Shown here: positions 35,722 through 44,943 of the stretch, in pieces
How the letters are laid out: every line of letters starts with the position of its first letter
Position numbering within the stretch: position 1 is the first letter of the stretch
Source of the DNA: a virus
Taxonomy: Duplodnaviria; Caudoviricetes
Reading direction: 5' to 3' (one strand)
Length of the DNA stretch: 55,425 nt
Virus record (IMG/VR): IMGVR_UViG_3300037420_001739
Coordinates: 1-55,425 of that record
Notes under the pieces: model-generated
What the model saw: only the letters and a program-made list of their open reading frames with translations
Databases searched by the model: none
What the model was told of the DNA's origin: nothing
Program-made: the position numbers and the translations under genes

Positions 35722-36198
35722 ATGAAAAAATTGATAGCACTATCGACCCTCTGTTTATTTGCTTGCGACAACAAGCCTGTCTCTTCTGAATACCTTAAAA
35801 AAGTAAAAGAGGATTCGGCAATACAGGCAAGGGAATCTGAGATTTACACCAACATCGCTACACAAAGGATTAATTCCCTACAATTGGCTCCGGTAAAAAT
35901 CACCTCTTCGGATGTGTATTCAAATGATTCGAGAAGATGGATCACAATTGAAGTTGTCAACGGCTCCAACACTCCTGTCGATGGCCTCAGAATCGGAGTT
36001 TATTATTACAATAACTTCAACGAATTATTGAATACCGCCCCTACAACGCTTGAAACACAAGAAAGGCTTAATCCGAACCAAAAGACCAAGCTGACATTCG
36101 ATATAAACACTGATGGGGTCACGAAGGCCAAGCTCTATATCGAAGAAATCCATTTCACAAACGATAGTACCTGGAATTTCAAAAACTATGTCAAATAA
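35722..36198 (+). CDS. Moron lipoprotein (FxLYD-like domain)
   Basis: Lipobox LFA-C; opposite strand inside the tail operon; VYYYNNFNELL. Confidence 0.75.
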   Translation: MKKLIALSTLCLFACDNKPVSSEYLKKVKEDSAIQARESEIYTNIATQRINSLQLAPVKITSSDVYSNDSRRWITIEVVNGSNTPVDGLRIGVYYYNNFNELLNTAPTTLETQERLNPNQKTKLTFDINTDGVTKAKLYIEEIHFTNDSTWNFKNYVK

Positions 36199-36412
36199 CT
36201 ATTTAAAAACATCTCCTACGATATCCCTGATTCCTCCAACCTCTTTAACCTTCACTTCTTCTTTCTCTTTTTTGGTTTCATAGACCGGTATGGTGGCCAG
36301 CAGCATGTTCATGTTGGCAAAGGACAATTCCCACAGGACATAGTCCATACTCCATCCGGAATAATATTTTATTACTCCTCCGATGATGTGCCAGGGGCTA
36401 TCTGACTCCCCC
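36199..36412 (-). CDS. Tail assembly chaperone frameshift extension (gpT-like)
   Basis: The -1 frame from the GGGGG run is open: GESDSPWHIIGGVIKYYSGWSMDYVLWELSFANMNMLLATIPVY...GDVFK*. Confidence 0.7.
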
Positions 36413-36911
36413 GAGTCTGCGGATTCATCTCCAGTAGGTTTAGGCCTCTTATGAAGATTATAGAACTCATAAAAGATTTTACGTCCATGGCTTTCAGAAC
36501 TTCCACCAAAACCCCCATGATCGATTGGGGTGTGAACTGCTCTGAGATCATGTTAACAAGGCTTTCTGGTGGTTCTGTTTTTTTATTATGGATGGCCAAG
36601 GCTATCACCCGGCAAAGCGTTTTTGAATGCTTTTGTATTGCCTGAAGATTTGCGTCAATCAAATTACCATGGCTATAAATCTCTTTTTCGATAGGTAATA
36701 ACAATTCCGACATCCTCAGCAGCGTTCCCATTTTTACGGGTCGAAGTGTCAGCACTTTTTCTTTCGGGTAAAACTTAGGAAGCAGCTTTTGCAATTTTCC
36801 ATGCAGCCAGCTTTGCGGATCAACTTCAACCGTTATTTCAACCGGCTTTTGCGTGATCACATTGCTGACCTTTTGCAGCGTTTCTAATGGGTCAATTTTC
36901 AGTTCATCCAT
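36372..36911 (-). CDS. Tail assembly chaperone (gpG-like)
   Basis: Lies between the major tail and tape measure genes. Confidence 0.8.
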   Translation of the reverse strand: MDELKIDPLETLQKVSNVITQKPVEITVEVDPQSWLHGKLQKLLPKFYPKEKVLTLRPVKMGTLLRMSELLLPIEKEIYSHGNLIDANLQAIQKHSKTLCRVIALAIHNKKTEPPESLVNMISEQFTPQSIMGVLVEVLKAMDVKSFMSSIIFIRGLNLLEMNPQTRGSQIAPGTSSEE

Positions 36912-36923
36912 ATTTTCCTTATT

Positions 36924-36958
36924 AAAAAAGCCTCAAGCCTGTGACGGCCTAAGGCTTT
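36924..36958 (-). terminator. Terminator after the major tail gene
   Basis: AAAGCCTTAGGCC-GTCACA-GGCTTGAGGCTTTTTT. Confidence 0.75.
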
Positions 36959-36981
36959 AAGTTTATTCGTAAGATTTAAGA

Positions 36982-37755
36982 TTAGTTTGCGTAATCGACA
37001 GCGATCCTTGGAACCGTTGTATCTGCCGGCTGAAGAACCGAGATAACCAGATCAATTTGCCCTAACTTATCTTTTGTGAATGCGAAATTGAATTTACCAG
37101 AAACACCACCACGTGCGATTTCGAAAAACGTTCCGCTCTTGTCAGTGATCTTACAAGACAGCTCAATATCTGGGAATTGAGCTGGAGCCTCCCACCTGGA
37201 ACGGGTAAGGCTGCTGTTTGACAATGTTGCCACGGGAATAGAAAATCCAGATCCTGTTCCACCAATGTTGGCAGCTGCTGCACTTAAAGAATCAGAAACA
37301 GTATAACCTTCACCACCATCAACAATGGTAACTGCAGTTACAGCGCCTCCTGAAACAGTGATGTTCGCTTTCGCACCTGTGCCGGTACCACCGGTTAATG
37401 CAACGTTGCTATAGGTACCGTTGGTGTACAGGGTACCACCAGTAATAGAACCTAAAGTGGCAACTGATTTATAAAGCTTCAGCGTACCGCCAAAGAATTT
37501 ATACATGGTCCTTGGGGATACATTGTAAGTGGACACGTTAAATGTGATCTTACCTGCAGTGGTCACAATGGTTTTAATGGCTGAATCAGATTCTTCGATT
37601 TCGATATCGGTAGTCTGATTGTCTTCCGTAGTAAGAACCGCTGTTCCTTTTGCGGTATCTCCAATCTGCTCGAAATTAGTTCCCAAGGCATCATTTGCAC
37701 CCTTAGGACTCAATTCAAACTTCTGAAGACCAAACTGATATTTTTGTGCTGCCAT
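36982..37755 (-). CDS. Major tail (tube) protein
   Basis: Position and composition; carries an inserted Gly/Thr-rich beta domain. Confidence 0.8.
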   Translation of the reverse strand: MAAQKYQFGLQKFELSPKGANDALGTNFEQIGDTAKGTAVLTTEDNQTTDIEIEESDSAIKTIVTTAGKITFNVSTYNVSPRTMYKFFGGTLKLYKSVATLGSITGGTLYTNGTYSNVALTGGTGTGAKANITVSGGAVTAVTIVDGGEGYTVSDSLSAAAANIGGTGSGFSIPVATLSNSSLTRSRWEAPAQFPDIELSCKITDKSGTFFEIARGGVSGKFNFAFTKDKLGQIDLVISVLQPADTTVPRIAVDYAN

Positions 37756-37762
37756 TTTGCTT

Positions 37763-38182
37763 TTAGTTTAAAATATTTATTGAATAAAAATCAAGTCGAA
37801 TGTTGATGTAATCACTCTGCCCTCCCTCATCTTCGAAAATATTCTGCTGTTGAAAATCGAAATTGTAACCAGGAAACCACTGATCTGTTACCAGGTCAAT
37901 TGCTGCCTTTGCTAACACGTTCAGTCTATCGTAATCGGCAATCAATTGCTGTACGCCATCGATCTTCTGTTGCTTTCTTGGAACGTGGATATTTATATTC
38001 GGAACACAGCCCTGGAGCTGCAGATTATTTACAGCCGGGCAGTTAATAACCACATCTTCTTTAATACTACCTGTTGGCCGTTCCCGTTTACAAATACTTC
38101 CAGTAAGCGATTGAGAACCTTTGAAAGAGCTATCGTTGAAATGTTTCCAGAGAATATCCTCAATGTCGAGTGTTGTTTTCAT
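37763..38182 (-). CDS. Tail terminator-like protein
   Basis: Synteny; EDVVIN..NINIHVP. Confidence 0.65.
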   Translation of the reverse strand: MKTTLDIEDILWKHFNDSSFKGSQSLTGSICKRERPTGSIKEDVVINCPAVNNLQLQGCVPNINIHVPRKQQKIDGVQQLIADYDRLNVLAKAAIDLVTDQWFPGYNFDFQQQNIFEDEGGQSDYINIRLDFYSINILN

Positions 38183-38622
38183 GCACTTATTTTTGACGAT
38201 ATCTCTTTAATTGCTATCCTCAAATCATTTTCCGCTATAAGGCTGCTGGCTGTCAATACATCTTTACCTCTCGACTCAACAGCTGCAGCATACTCCATTC
38301 CTGCTACCACTATTAAAACAAAGCCTCTTGAAAATTCTTCCTTGGCTTCGTTGATCGCATCTTTTGCCCTCTGCTTCCCCACGTTTTTACTTCCCGGAAA
38401 GCTTTGAGATAACTGAACTCCATTTTCCAAAATCACATAACCAATACTACTTCTTAGGTTTCCGGTCCTGTCTTTATAGTTTCCATTTTCCCTGGCGTTC
38501 TTGATAAATGTTTCTCCGATTCTTTTTAATCGAAGGATTATGGCTTGTCTGATTGCTTCCTTTTTACTATTTAACATTGCCTGGATATCAGACTTATTAA
38601 ACTTTGGTTCGAAGCGAATCAT
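38179..38622 (-). CDS. Neck/tail-completion protein (HK97 gp10-like)
   Basis: YKDRTGNLRSSIGY, VVAGMEYAAAVE. Confidence 0.8.
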   Translation of the reverse strand: MIRFEPKFNKSDIQAMLNSKKEAIRQAIILRLKRIGETFIKNARENGNYKDRTGNLRSSIGYVILENGVQLSQSFPGSKNVGKQRAKDAINEAKEEFSRGFVLIVVAGMEYAAAVESRGKDVLTASSLIAENDLRIAIKEISSKISA

Positions 38623-38936
38623 ATCCACACCCTCACATTTTTCTGCCCTCTTGAAAACTGTAAAACATTTCCTTTCGCAACATTTCGCATACCATCCAGA
38701 ACGATTACACTTGCTCCTAGTTCAACGTCTGGCGTTGATAATGGAGCGTAAATGATTCCAGAGTACACAAGCTGCTTTCCATCAGCCGCCGTTAGGAAAA
38801 GGCTTTTGGTGTTCGTCTCAAACCTTGCCTTAAAACTGGATGATGATGGACTGCCCGCTTGAAAATTTCCGTTACTATCCTGGGTACTGTCTGCTACTGT
38901 CGAAATTGTAACGGTATGCGGGTATTGTGTCACCAT
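38619..38936 (-). CDS. Head closure / head-tail adaptor
   Basis: Synteny, size and beta-rich composition. Confidence 0.65.
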   Translation of the reverse strand: MVTQYPHTVTISTVADSTQDSNGNFQAGSPSSSSFKARFETNTKSLFLTAADGKQLVYSGIIYAPLSTPDVELGASVIVLDGMRNVAKGNVLQFSRGQKNVRVWI

Positions 38937-39238
38937 CGGTTTGAAGCGTTTCTAACTATCGGCGTTCTCGGATTTGTAAGGCCTTCTTTTTGATAGAGGC
39001 GATCCAGTCTTTTTTCAATGGCACCACGATCAAAAGACTCAGAAAAACCACCCTCTGAAACATCGGGCCTTGAAAGGAGTCCTTCCAAAACGTCAATTGC
39101 AGCTTTATTAATTAAAGAACTGTTAGCAGTCGTATAGTTCTCCGAATCAGATGCATCTTGATCCAGCAAAGCCTTCACAAGAGTATTATCATCAACCGAT
39201 ACCTGGACAACTGCTATTAAAGCCTCTTTGTTTGTCAT
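38930..39238 (-). CDS. Head-tail connector
   Basis: Follows the major capsid gene; DVSEGGFSES motif. Confidence 0.7.
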   Translation of the reverse strand: MTNKEALIAVVQVSVDDNTLVKALLDQDASDSENYTTANSSLINKAAIDVLEGLLSRPDVSEGGFSESFDRGAIEKRLDRLYQKEGLTNPRTPIVRNASNRW

Positions 39239-39260
39239 TATGACAAAGAACTTTTATTGA

Positions 39261-40346
39261 TTAGTGGACAGCCACCAAAATGTAAATCTGATTGATTGCT
39301 TCGAAGGCTGGGCATGCGTTCAACTCACCGATGGTAAATTCACCGAACGGATTTGTTTGCGCATACTTGCTGATCAAAGCATTGTTGAACTTCGCATAAG
39401 TAACATGTTCAACCGGACGCATCTCTTCCATTGCAAGAGCATTCTTCACAGTTCCGAGCTTGCCAGCAGGAACAAATGTTACGTTCTCTGTTTTGAAAGG
39501 ATTGGTTGCGGTCTGGTTAACGCCATCTTTTTCAACTGCAACATATTCGTCCACCAATTCGATAACTGGGAACTTATTTGCCTGCATGAAAATGTTCACG
39601 TTATCCAAAGTCACCAGGATGTTACCTGATTGTTTGAAACCAAGGAAGTTTGAAAGCAAGCTTTTAACCTCTGTGATCTTTTGGAAATTAATGAACTGAG
39701 ATGGAGTCATCAGCATTTTCGAGTAAGCAATACCCTTACCGCGACCTGCGTTAACGATTGCAGGAATGTCAACGGATAAAGGTGTAGCTGAAGCGCTGTC
39801 CCATGATACTGCGCTGTTCCCAGTGCAATCGGAAGGAAGCAACAAATCCAGATCAGGTAGAACCAATCCGTCAGGATTGGTAGTTGATGAAATGCTAATC
39901 TTTCCTGTGGATATTGCCTGCAAAGCCATGTAATCGATACGCTTCATAAGGCCGTTACCCACGGCTTTAATATCATTGAAAAGAAAGTCCAGCAACTGTT
40001 GTTTTTTGGTCTGATCACTTACTGGCAAAGCTTGGAGTGTTAAGAAATTACGATAATCGCTTTCCTTCATTTTCCTACCAGTTTTAATAGCTGGAATTTC
40101 AGCGGACAGCGTGCTCATATCCGGCCGGCTTCTCCAAGGTGCGGGTGATTCGCGATCCACAACGGAAGCTGCGGATTCGATTCTTGATGCTCCGATCACT
40201 GACTTGTAGTCAAGTGTGGCCTGGGGAACATCCCAGTCAAAATAATTTTGGAACCAAGTAGGAGCGAACTTGTCCAAACTGTTGTCAATTACCATCTGCA
40301 TTCTGGTGGCATATTGACCGAAGATTGATTTAATAGTGTTTGCCAT
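39261..40346 (-). CDS. Major capsid protein (lambda gpE-like)
   Basis: 361 aa; AASVVDRESPAP, EIPAIK, RIDYMALQAISTGKI; follows the decoration gene. Confidence 0.85.
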   Translation of the reverse strand: MANTIKSIFGQYATRMQMVIDNSLDKFAPTWFQNYFDWDVPQATLDYKSVIGASRIESAASVVDRESPAPWRSRPDMSTLSAEIPAIKTGRKMKESDYRNFLTLQALPVSDQTKKQQLLDFLFNDIKAVGNGLMKRIDYMALQAISTGKISISSTTNPDGLVLPDLDLLLPSDCTGNSAVSWDSASATPLSVDIPAIVNAGRGKGIAYSKMLMTPSQFINFQKITEVKSLLSNFLGFKQSGNILVTLDNVNIFMQANKFPVIELVDEYVAVEKDGVNQTATNPFKTENVTFVPAGKLGTVKNALAMEEMRPVEHVTYAKFNNALISKYAQTNPFGEFTIGELNACPAFEAINQIYILVAVH

Positions 40347-40367
40347 TTTTTAGGTCTCCTACAGGTT

Positions 40368-40958
40368 TTAATATGATTGTGAGAAAATAATGTTTGATAA
40401 TGCGGTTTGTACGGCTGAAGGATAACCGGGTGTGTATCGCCTTGCGTATACAGTCCCACGAACAACAATAGAAACTGAATCGTCAGATCCTACCACTTTC
40501 GAACTGAATAACAAGCCTTTTACAGTGACATCAAGTACGGCTGCACTTGCACCTGTCGCAGACGATTTGAAGAGAACATCACCAGCCGAAAGGGTTACAG
40601 CAAGTGTGGTACCTACGGTCAGCACATCATAATTTGCATTTGATGTATCGATCGCTGTGATGGCATACGCCTTACCTCCTACAACCTGAGCCAGATAATC
40701 ACCAACGGCGAATGCGTGGCCTTTTTTCACCTGATAGGTGGTATCGGTGTTTGTTGCAGAGGAATACATTTGCGCAGTTTTCAGCAAGGTTGCGACCCTC
40801 GTGGCTTCATTGTAGCCGAATGGGGCGCCCTCTGGAATTGTGTAACCAGAAGTTAACCCTGTAGTGGAAAGGGTAAAACCTCCCTGTGCGTTTTCATACA
40901 CTTTTTGAAACACCACAACTCCATAGGAGACTGCGGTTTTTACAGGCTGTAAACTCAT
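40368..40958 (-). CDS. Head decoration protein
   Basis: Lies between scaffold and capsid; GGFTL..IPEGAP, VKKGHAFAVGD. Confidence 0.7.
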   Translation of the reverse strand: MSLQPVKTAVSYGVVVFQKVYENAQGGFTLSTTGLTSGYTIPEGAPFGYNEATRVATLLKTAQMYSSATNTDTTYQVKKGHAFAVGDYLAQVVGGKAYAITAIDTSNANYDVLTVGTTLAVTLSAGDVLFKSSATGASAAVLDVTVKGLLFSSKVVGSDDSVSIVVRGTVYARRYTPGYPSAVQTALSNIIFSQSY

Positions 40959-40964
40959 TTTGAA

Positions 40965-41600
40965 TTATTTTTTTGTGTCAGTAGTTTGTTTCCCCTTACT
41001 CGCCCATTCTTTAATATCGGCATCTACATTATCGGTTTTTACACCTGTCACTGGCGGTTTCGTAGCGGTGGCTAAGCCATTATTCACTAATTCCTGCTGG
41101 AACTCAGTATAATCACTTTCAACCTGCGAAATCCACCCATCGATGTCTTCTGATTTTTCAGGAAGCGATCTTCCTTTCCAATACGAAGCGGGGATGGCTT
41201 TCATTTTCTCGTTCCCTTTGATCGAATCAAGAATTGTGGTTTGAGTTTTATCTTTTTCAAGGCTGTTCACCTTGTTCAGAAGCTCTTTCAACAATTTGGC
41301 TGTTTCGTCTTCAGGTTTTGTCGGTTCTGAACCTTCGGTTGTTGATGAAGTTTGTTGCTGCTGTTGCTGTGCGGGTTTTCTGTCCTTGCTTTCCAAGGTC
41401 CTTAAACGATCATCGTCTTTTGCGACATCGGCAAATGGATAAATCTCGTTAAGTTCGTCCAGCTTGGCATCAATATCATTTTCATCAGTGATCTTTGGGC
41501 TAAGTTTATCCGCGATAGCGTTTATCCTTGCGTTTGACAGGTTTTTCACACCTAAAGTCGCGAGTTTGGCCTTTAGTTGTGCTACGATTTTTTCTTTCAT
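40965..41600 (-). CDS. Capsid scaffolding protein
   Basis: Charged, helical, low-complexity; first gene of the capsid operon. Confidence 0.7.
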   Translation of the reverse strand: MKEKIVAQLKAKLATLGVKNLSNARINAIADKLSPKITDENDIDAKLDELNEIYPFADVAKDDDRLRTLESKDRKPAQQQQQQTSSTTEGSEPTKPEDETAKLLKELLNKVNSLEKDKTQTTILDSIKGNEKMKAIPASYWKGRSLPEKSEDIDGWISQVESDYTEFQQELVNNGLATATKPPVTGVKTDNVDADIKEWASKGKQTTDTKK

Positions 41601-41628
41601 AAAATAGTAAGTAAGAGAACTGAGGGTA

Positions 41629-41688
41629 AAACTATATGCGGGAAAATTGTGCGGGAATTATGAAACAGAAACTATGCGTTTAGTTTCT
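41629..41688 (-). promoter_or_regulatory. Putative late promoter 1
   Basis: + strand AAACTATA at 41629 and inverted repeat AGAAACT-N7-TAGTTTCT at 41667-41688. Confidence 0.6.
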
Positions 41689-41708
41689 AAATTGAGTAGA
41701 TTTATTGA

Positions 41709-42233
41709 ATGAAAGAAGATGATCAAATAAAACCATCAGAAGCAATCTTTTTACCAATGGATGCAAAGGTTGAATACATACAATTTGGTAAGAACATTGC
41801 AAATGAATTGCGAATAGGTAATTGGCTTTTATATACCCCTGGGCCGGATAATGTCGAAATGCTTGGAGACAACGCTGACCTATTAAGTGCACTTCAGAAG
41901 GATGGTGTCCAGTTCGAGATAGGAAAGGTACAGGTAACCAGCTTGGAAGATGGAAAAGTAAATGGACTACCTAATAATTATTTTGCACCCATCCCATTAA
42001 CTCCCGAAATACTTGAAAAGTGTGGGTTTGAAATTGCTCTAATTCATTTGCCATTTGCAAAAGTGTTGGTTCCTAAATCTTTGCCATTACAGGATAAATT
42101 GCATGTTGCATTGGAGCAAAAAACAGGGCCGACTTTTTTGTATAGACCATCTAATTTAAAGGTTAAATATCTCCACCAGCTTCAAAACCTTTACTTCGCT
42201 TTGACAGGAACTGAACTCGAAATAAATCTTTAA
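41709..42233 (+). CDS. Conserved Bacteroidota phage hypothetical protein
   Basis: ELRIGNW, PIPLTPEILEKCGF, KYLHQLQNLYFALTGTEL. Confidence 0.8.
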   Translation: MKEDDQIKPSEAIFLPMDAKVEYIQFGKNIANELRIGNWLLYTPGPDNVEMLGDNADLLSALQKDGVQFEIGKVQVTSLEDGKVNGLPNNYFAPIPLTPEILEKCGFEIALIHLPFAKVLVPKSLPLQDKLHVALEQKTGPTFLYRPSNLKVKYLHQLQNLYFALTGTELEINL

Positions 42234-42433
42234 TGCTCCACCGCGACGAAGACTTCCAAGAATGGCAACTGGCAGAAGCTGCGAAAGAATACATCCCCCT
42301 GTATTTAAGAAACCCTGAAGACAGGGTTTGCTATGTCGAATACAGGGACGTTCCTACCAATTCTATAAAGCATGTCAAGTTCGTATACCTGAACGACCAG
42401 TGGGTGTATGCGGATAATTCGCAATTTTCATAA
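42233..42433 (+). CDS. Hypothetical protein
   Basis: TAATG coupling with the upstream gene. Confidence 0.7.
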   Translation: MLHRDEDFQEWQLAEAAKEYIPLYLRNPEDRVCYVEYRDVPTNSIKHVKFVYLNDQWVYADNSQFS

Positions 42434-42442
42434 CTTTATACC

Positions 42443-42616
42443 ATGGCGCTTCCTGACCACATACAGAAGATTGTTGATAAAATAATCGCAGGCGAAAAAT
42501 TGTCCCGGGAAGAAGAGCTTATTTACTTCACTGAGGTGATGGGGTACACAAAAGAGGAGGCCTTGCGTGAGTTTGCCAAAATTGAAAACAAAAAACCAGG
42601 TTTGATCATCGACTGA
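42443..42616 (+). CDS. Hypothetical protein (57 aa, not in the ORF track)
   Basis: MALPDHIQKIVDKIIAGEKLSPEEELIYFTEVMGYTKEEALREFAKIENKKPGLIID*. Confidence 0.6.
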   Translation: MALPDHIQKIVDKIIAGEKLSREEELIYFTEVMGYTKEEALREFAKIENKKPGLIID

Positions 42617-44375
42617 TCATCCAACCAAGTTCAAACATCATTTTTTCGATCACTTTATCCAGTTGCTCAAAATCCTTGTCTTCCCATTGAGAGAGAAATT
42701 TACCCTCCTTTCGCTTTTGTAGTTTCGACAGCTGTTGTTTAATTGTTTTCGAATCACTTCGCCTGGCAACAAACTGGCTATATGCACGTGCCCATATTTC
42801 TGCGGGATCAAGATAGTAATCCAACATTTCCTTACCGTAATCTGAAATGGGATAATTCTGCCCCTCAATTACCATAACGCCGGTTCTGTTCATTTCTAAA
42901 AAGTCCTTGATGTTTTGCGTGCTGTTGGCAGCTTCCATTACATCGAAAAGTGGTGATGTTGTTTTTACCGATGCAAATGACCCTGGTCTTCCGATTGCAT
43001 ACAAATCGAAATAGTGGCCCATTTCATGGATGATGCTTAATTCCGGGTGTGGTGATTGTTTTGAGACGTTGATAGCAACAGGTATCTGCTGCCCAATAGC
43101 GCTGAAAACAAATTGTGCGCTTTCGTTTTTCTTGTCAATTGGATAGAATGGAATATTTAAAAGGTTCCCATCGCCGTGTACTGAATCGATGGCGTTTAGC
43201 GCATGCTCTACTGAACCTCTGACATCACCAGATATTTTGGTGAATTGTGGACGAATGGCTTTACCAGATGGTTTTGTGTCGCTTAACGGTGTTGGATTAT
43301 CTTCTGAATTTCCTTTCCCGCGGCTGGATCGGTTTGGAAGGTATTGCTTGTTGTCAGTGTACCAGTACGGTTTAGACTTCCATCCATCTATTCTTTCTTG
43401 ATTATTCTTTACCCAGTTGTTGAATGCTGCCGGCGGCTTCTTAACCAATAAATGATCGGGGACATTTGGCTGCTCCCCTGCCAGGATCTGGTCTTCAATC
43501 TTGTTATATTCTTCATCCGATAACATTTCGGGTACCTGGAAGCATATACACTGCACATGCCATCCCTTAAACTTAAAATCCTTTGGATAAACACCTGCCA
43601 AATGATCGCAGATATCAAACTTTGGGTGGTTGTCTGAAGTTTTAACACGAATGCCGGTGACAAAAGGCAGCGTCTGCCATCTGGCAAAATCAGCACTGCG
43701 ATAAGAGATATTATTTTCACTCCTGGATAGCCGAAGCGCATTTTTATAAGACGACCGGTACACACCTTGCCCTGGTTTGTAGTTTCTGGCACTTTTGGAC
43801 AACACTAGCTTCCCTTCGTCATTCTGTACGCGTCGAAATAGCCTATCTGGATCGATCAGGTACTTCTTTAGCTCCGTTGCCATGGACGTGGCAGATTGTC
43901 CTTTGCTAATGGAAAGGCCCAATGCCTGTTCCATTTCTTTTTTGAAAGGGTTCAATGTATTCCAAACACGATCGCTCAGTTTCAGGCCCTTTTCTTTACG
44001 ATTTACAAATTCATTATAGGCCTGCTTATTTGGATCGTAAAGAATCTGACGTCCTTTGTCAGATGGTTTTTTGCCAGCCAATCGCTTATCGACTATGAGA
44101 TCATTTTTTTTATTGGAAAGCGCCCAGGATTGTTCTACGGATTTTAATATCTGCTGGTAAATGCTTTTATGCATTTGATCCATGGTAGCGTCAATCTGTT
44201 TATTCAGTAGAGGGTATAGACTCAGTGAAAACGGTTTATTTTTCGGTGTGGCTAATGATGCCGCAAATGAGATTTCAAGCATAGCCTCCTCATAGATCTG
44301 CTGTATTTGCCTGGCAAATCGTTTGATAGCTTTTCGATGCAGCTGTTCATATATGCTGGTAGGATCAGTGGGCAT
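42606..44375 (-). CDS. MuF/SPP1 gp7-like minor head protein with C-terminal zincin-like domain
   Basis: LSDRVW, YRSSYKNALRLSRSE, DICDHLAGVYPKDFKFKGWHVQCIC; C-terminal HEMGHYFD and EIWARAYSQF. Confidence 0.85.
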   Translation of the reverse strand: MPTDPTSIYEQLHRKAIKRFARQIQQIYEEAMLEISFAASLATPKNKPFSLSLYPLLNKQIDATMDQMHKSIYQQILKSVEQSWALSNKKNDLIVDKRLAGKKPSDKGRQILYDPNKQAYNEFVNRKEKGLKLSDRVWNTLNPFKKEMEQALGLSISKGQSATSMATELKKYLIDPDRLFRRVQNDEGKLVLSKSARNYKPGQGVYRSSYKNALRLSRSENNISYRSADFARWQTLPFVTGIRVKTSDNHPKFDICDHLAGVYPKDFKFKGWHVQCICFQVPEMLSDEEYNKIEDQILAGEQPNVPDHLLVKKPPAAFNNWVKNNQERIDGWKSKPYWYTDNKQYLPNRSSRGKGNSEDNPTPLSDTKPSGKAIRPQFTKISGDVRGSVEHALNAIDSVHGDGNLLNIPFYPIDKKNESAQFVFSAIGQQIPVAINVSKQSPHPELSIIHEMGHYFDLYAIGRPGSFASVKTTSPLFDVMEAANSTQNIKDFLEMNRTGVMVIEGQNYPISDYGKEMLDYYLDPAEIWARAYSQFVARRSDSKTIKQQLSKLQKRKEGKFLSQWEDKDFEQLDKVIEKMMFELGWMISR

Positions 44376-44599
44376 TATACCGCCTGCAGTTTTGACTTCA
44401 GTTTAAAATGTTCAGCAACTTTCCTAGCTATCCTACGCTCAGACATTGACGCATGCCCCAAAAGTGTTTTCATAGCATGATCAATTATAACCTGCACAGT
44501 TTCATGCGGGATGATATATCGATGCAGTCCATCGATAACGAGACCAGCTCTTCGCTCGAATTCCTTTCTTGCAACTTGTTCGAAAGTGTTCTTTATCAT
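44375..44599 (-). CDS. Hypothetical protein (paralog of 44596-44931)
   Basis: Shared C-terminus RIARKVAEHFKLK..LQAV. Confidence 0.7.
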   Translation of the reverse strand: MIKNTFEQVARKEFERRAGLVIDGLHRYIIPHETVQVIIDHAMKTLLGHASMSERRIARKVAEHFKLKSKLQAV

Positions 44600-44931
44600 A
44601 CAGCCTTCAACATTTTTTTAAGCTTGAAGTATTCTACAGTCTTCCTTGCCACCCTTTCTGGCTTCATGTCAGCATGCTTCACGAAGGTTTGTGTAACAAA
44701 GTCGAAAACCGCCTGCATCTTTTCGTCAGGTATAATCCATCCATCCCGACCTAAGATGTCGGCTACAGTCCAAACTCTAATTTCAAGTTGGCTTTTTGCG
44801 CGTTCAAACTTTGTTGGCGGCTCGGAGGCGGATTCTTGAATCTTCTTTTGCAAATACTTCCCCCTTTCCCACAACAAAAAGGCAAACAGGCCGGCAAGAA
44901 CAATAGTTCCTAAGATTGTCAGTAGTATCAT
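44596..44931 (-). CDS. Hypothetical protein with N-terminal transmembrane segment
   Basis: N-terminal hydrophobic helix; C-terminus RVARKTVEYFKLK..LKAV. Confidence 0.7.
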   Translation of the reverse strand: MILLTILGTIVLAGLFAFLLWERGKYLQKKIQESASEPPTKFERAKSQLEIRVWTVADILGRDGWIIPDEKMQAVFDFVTQTFVKHADMKPERVARKTVEYFKLKKMLKAV

Positions 44932-44943
44932 GATATTTCTTTT

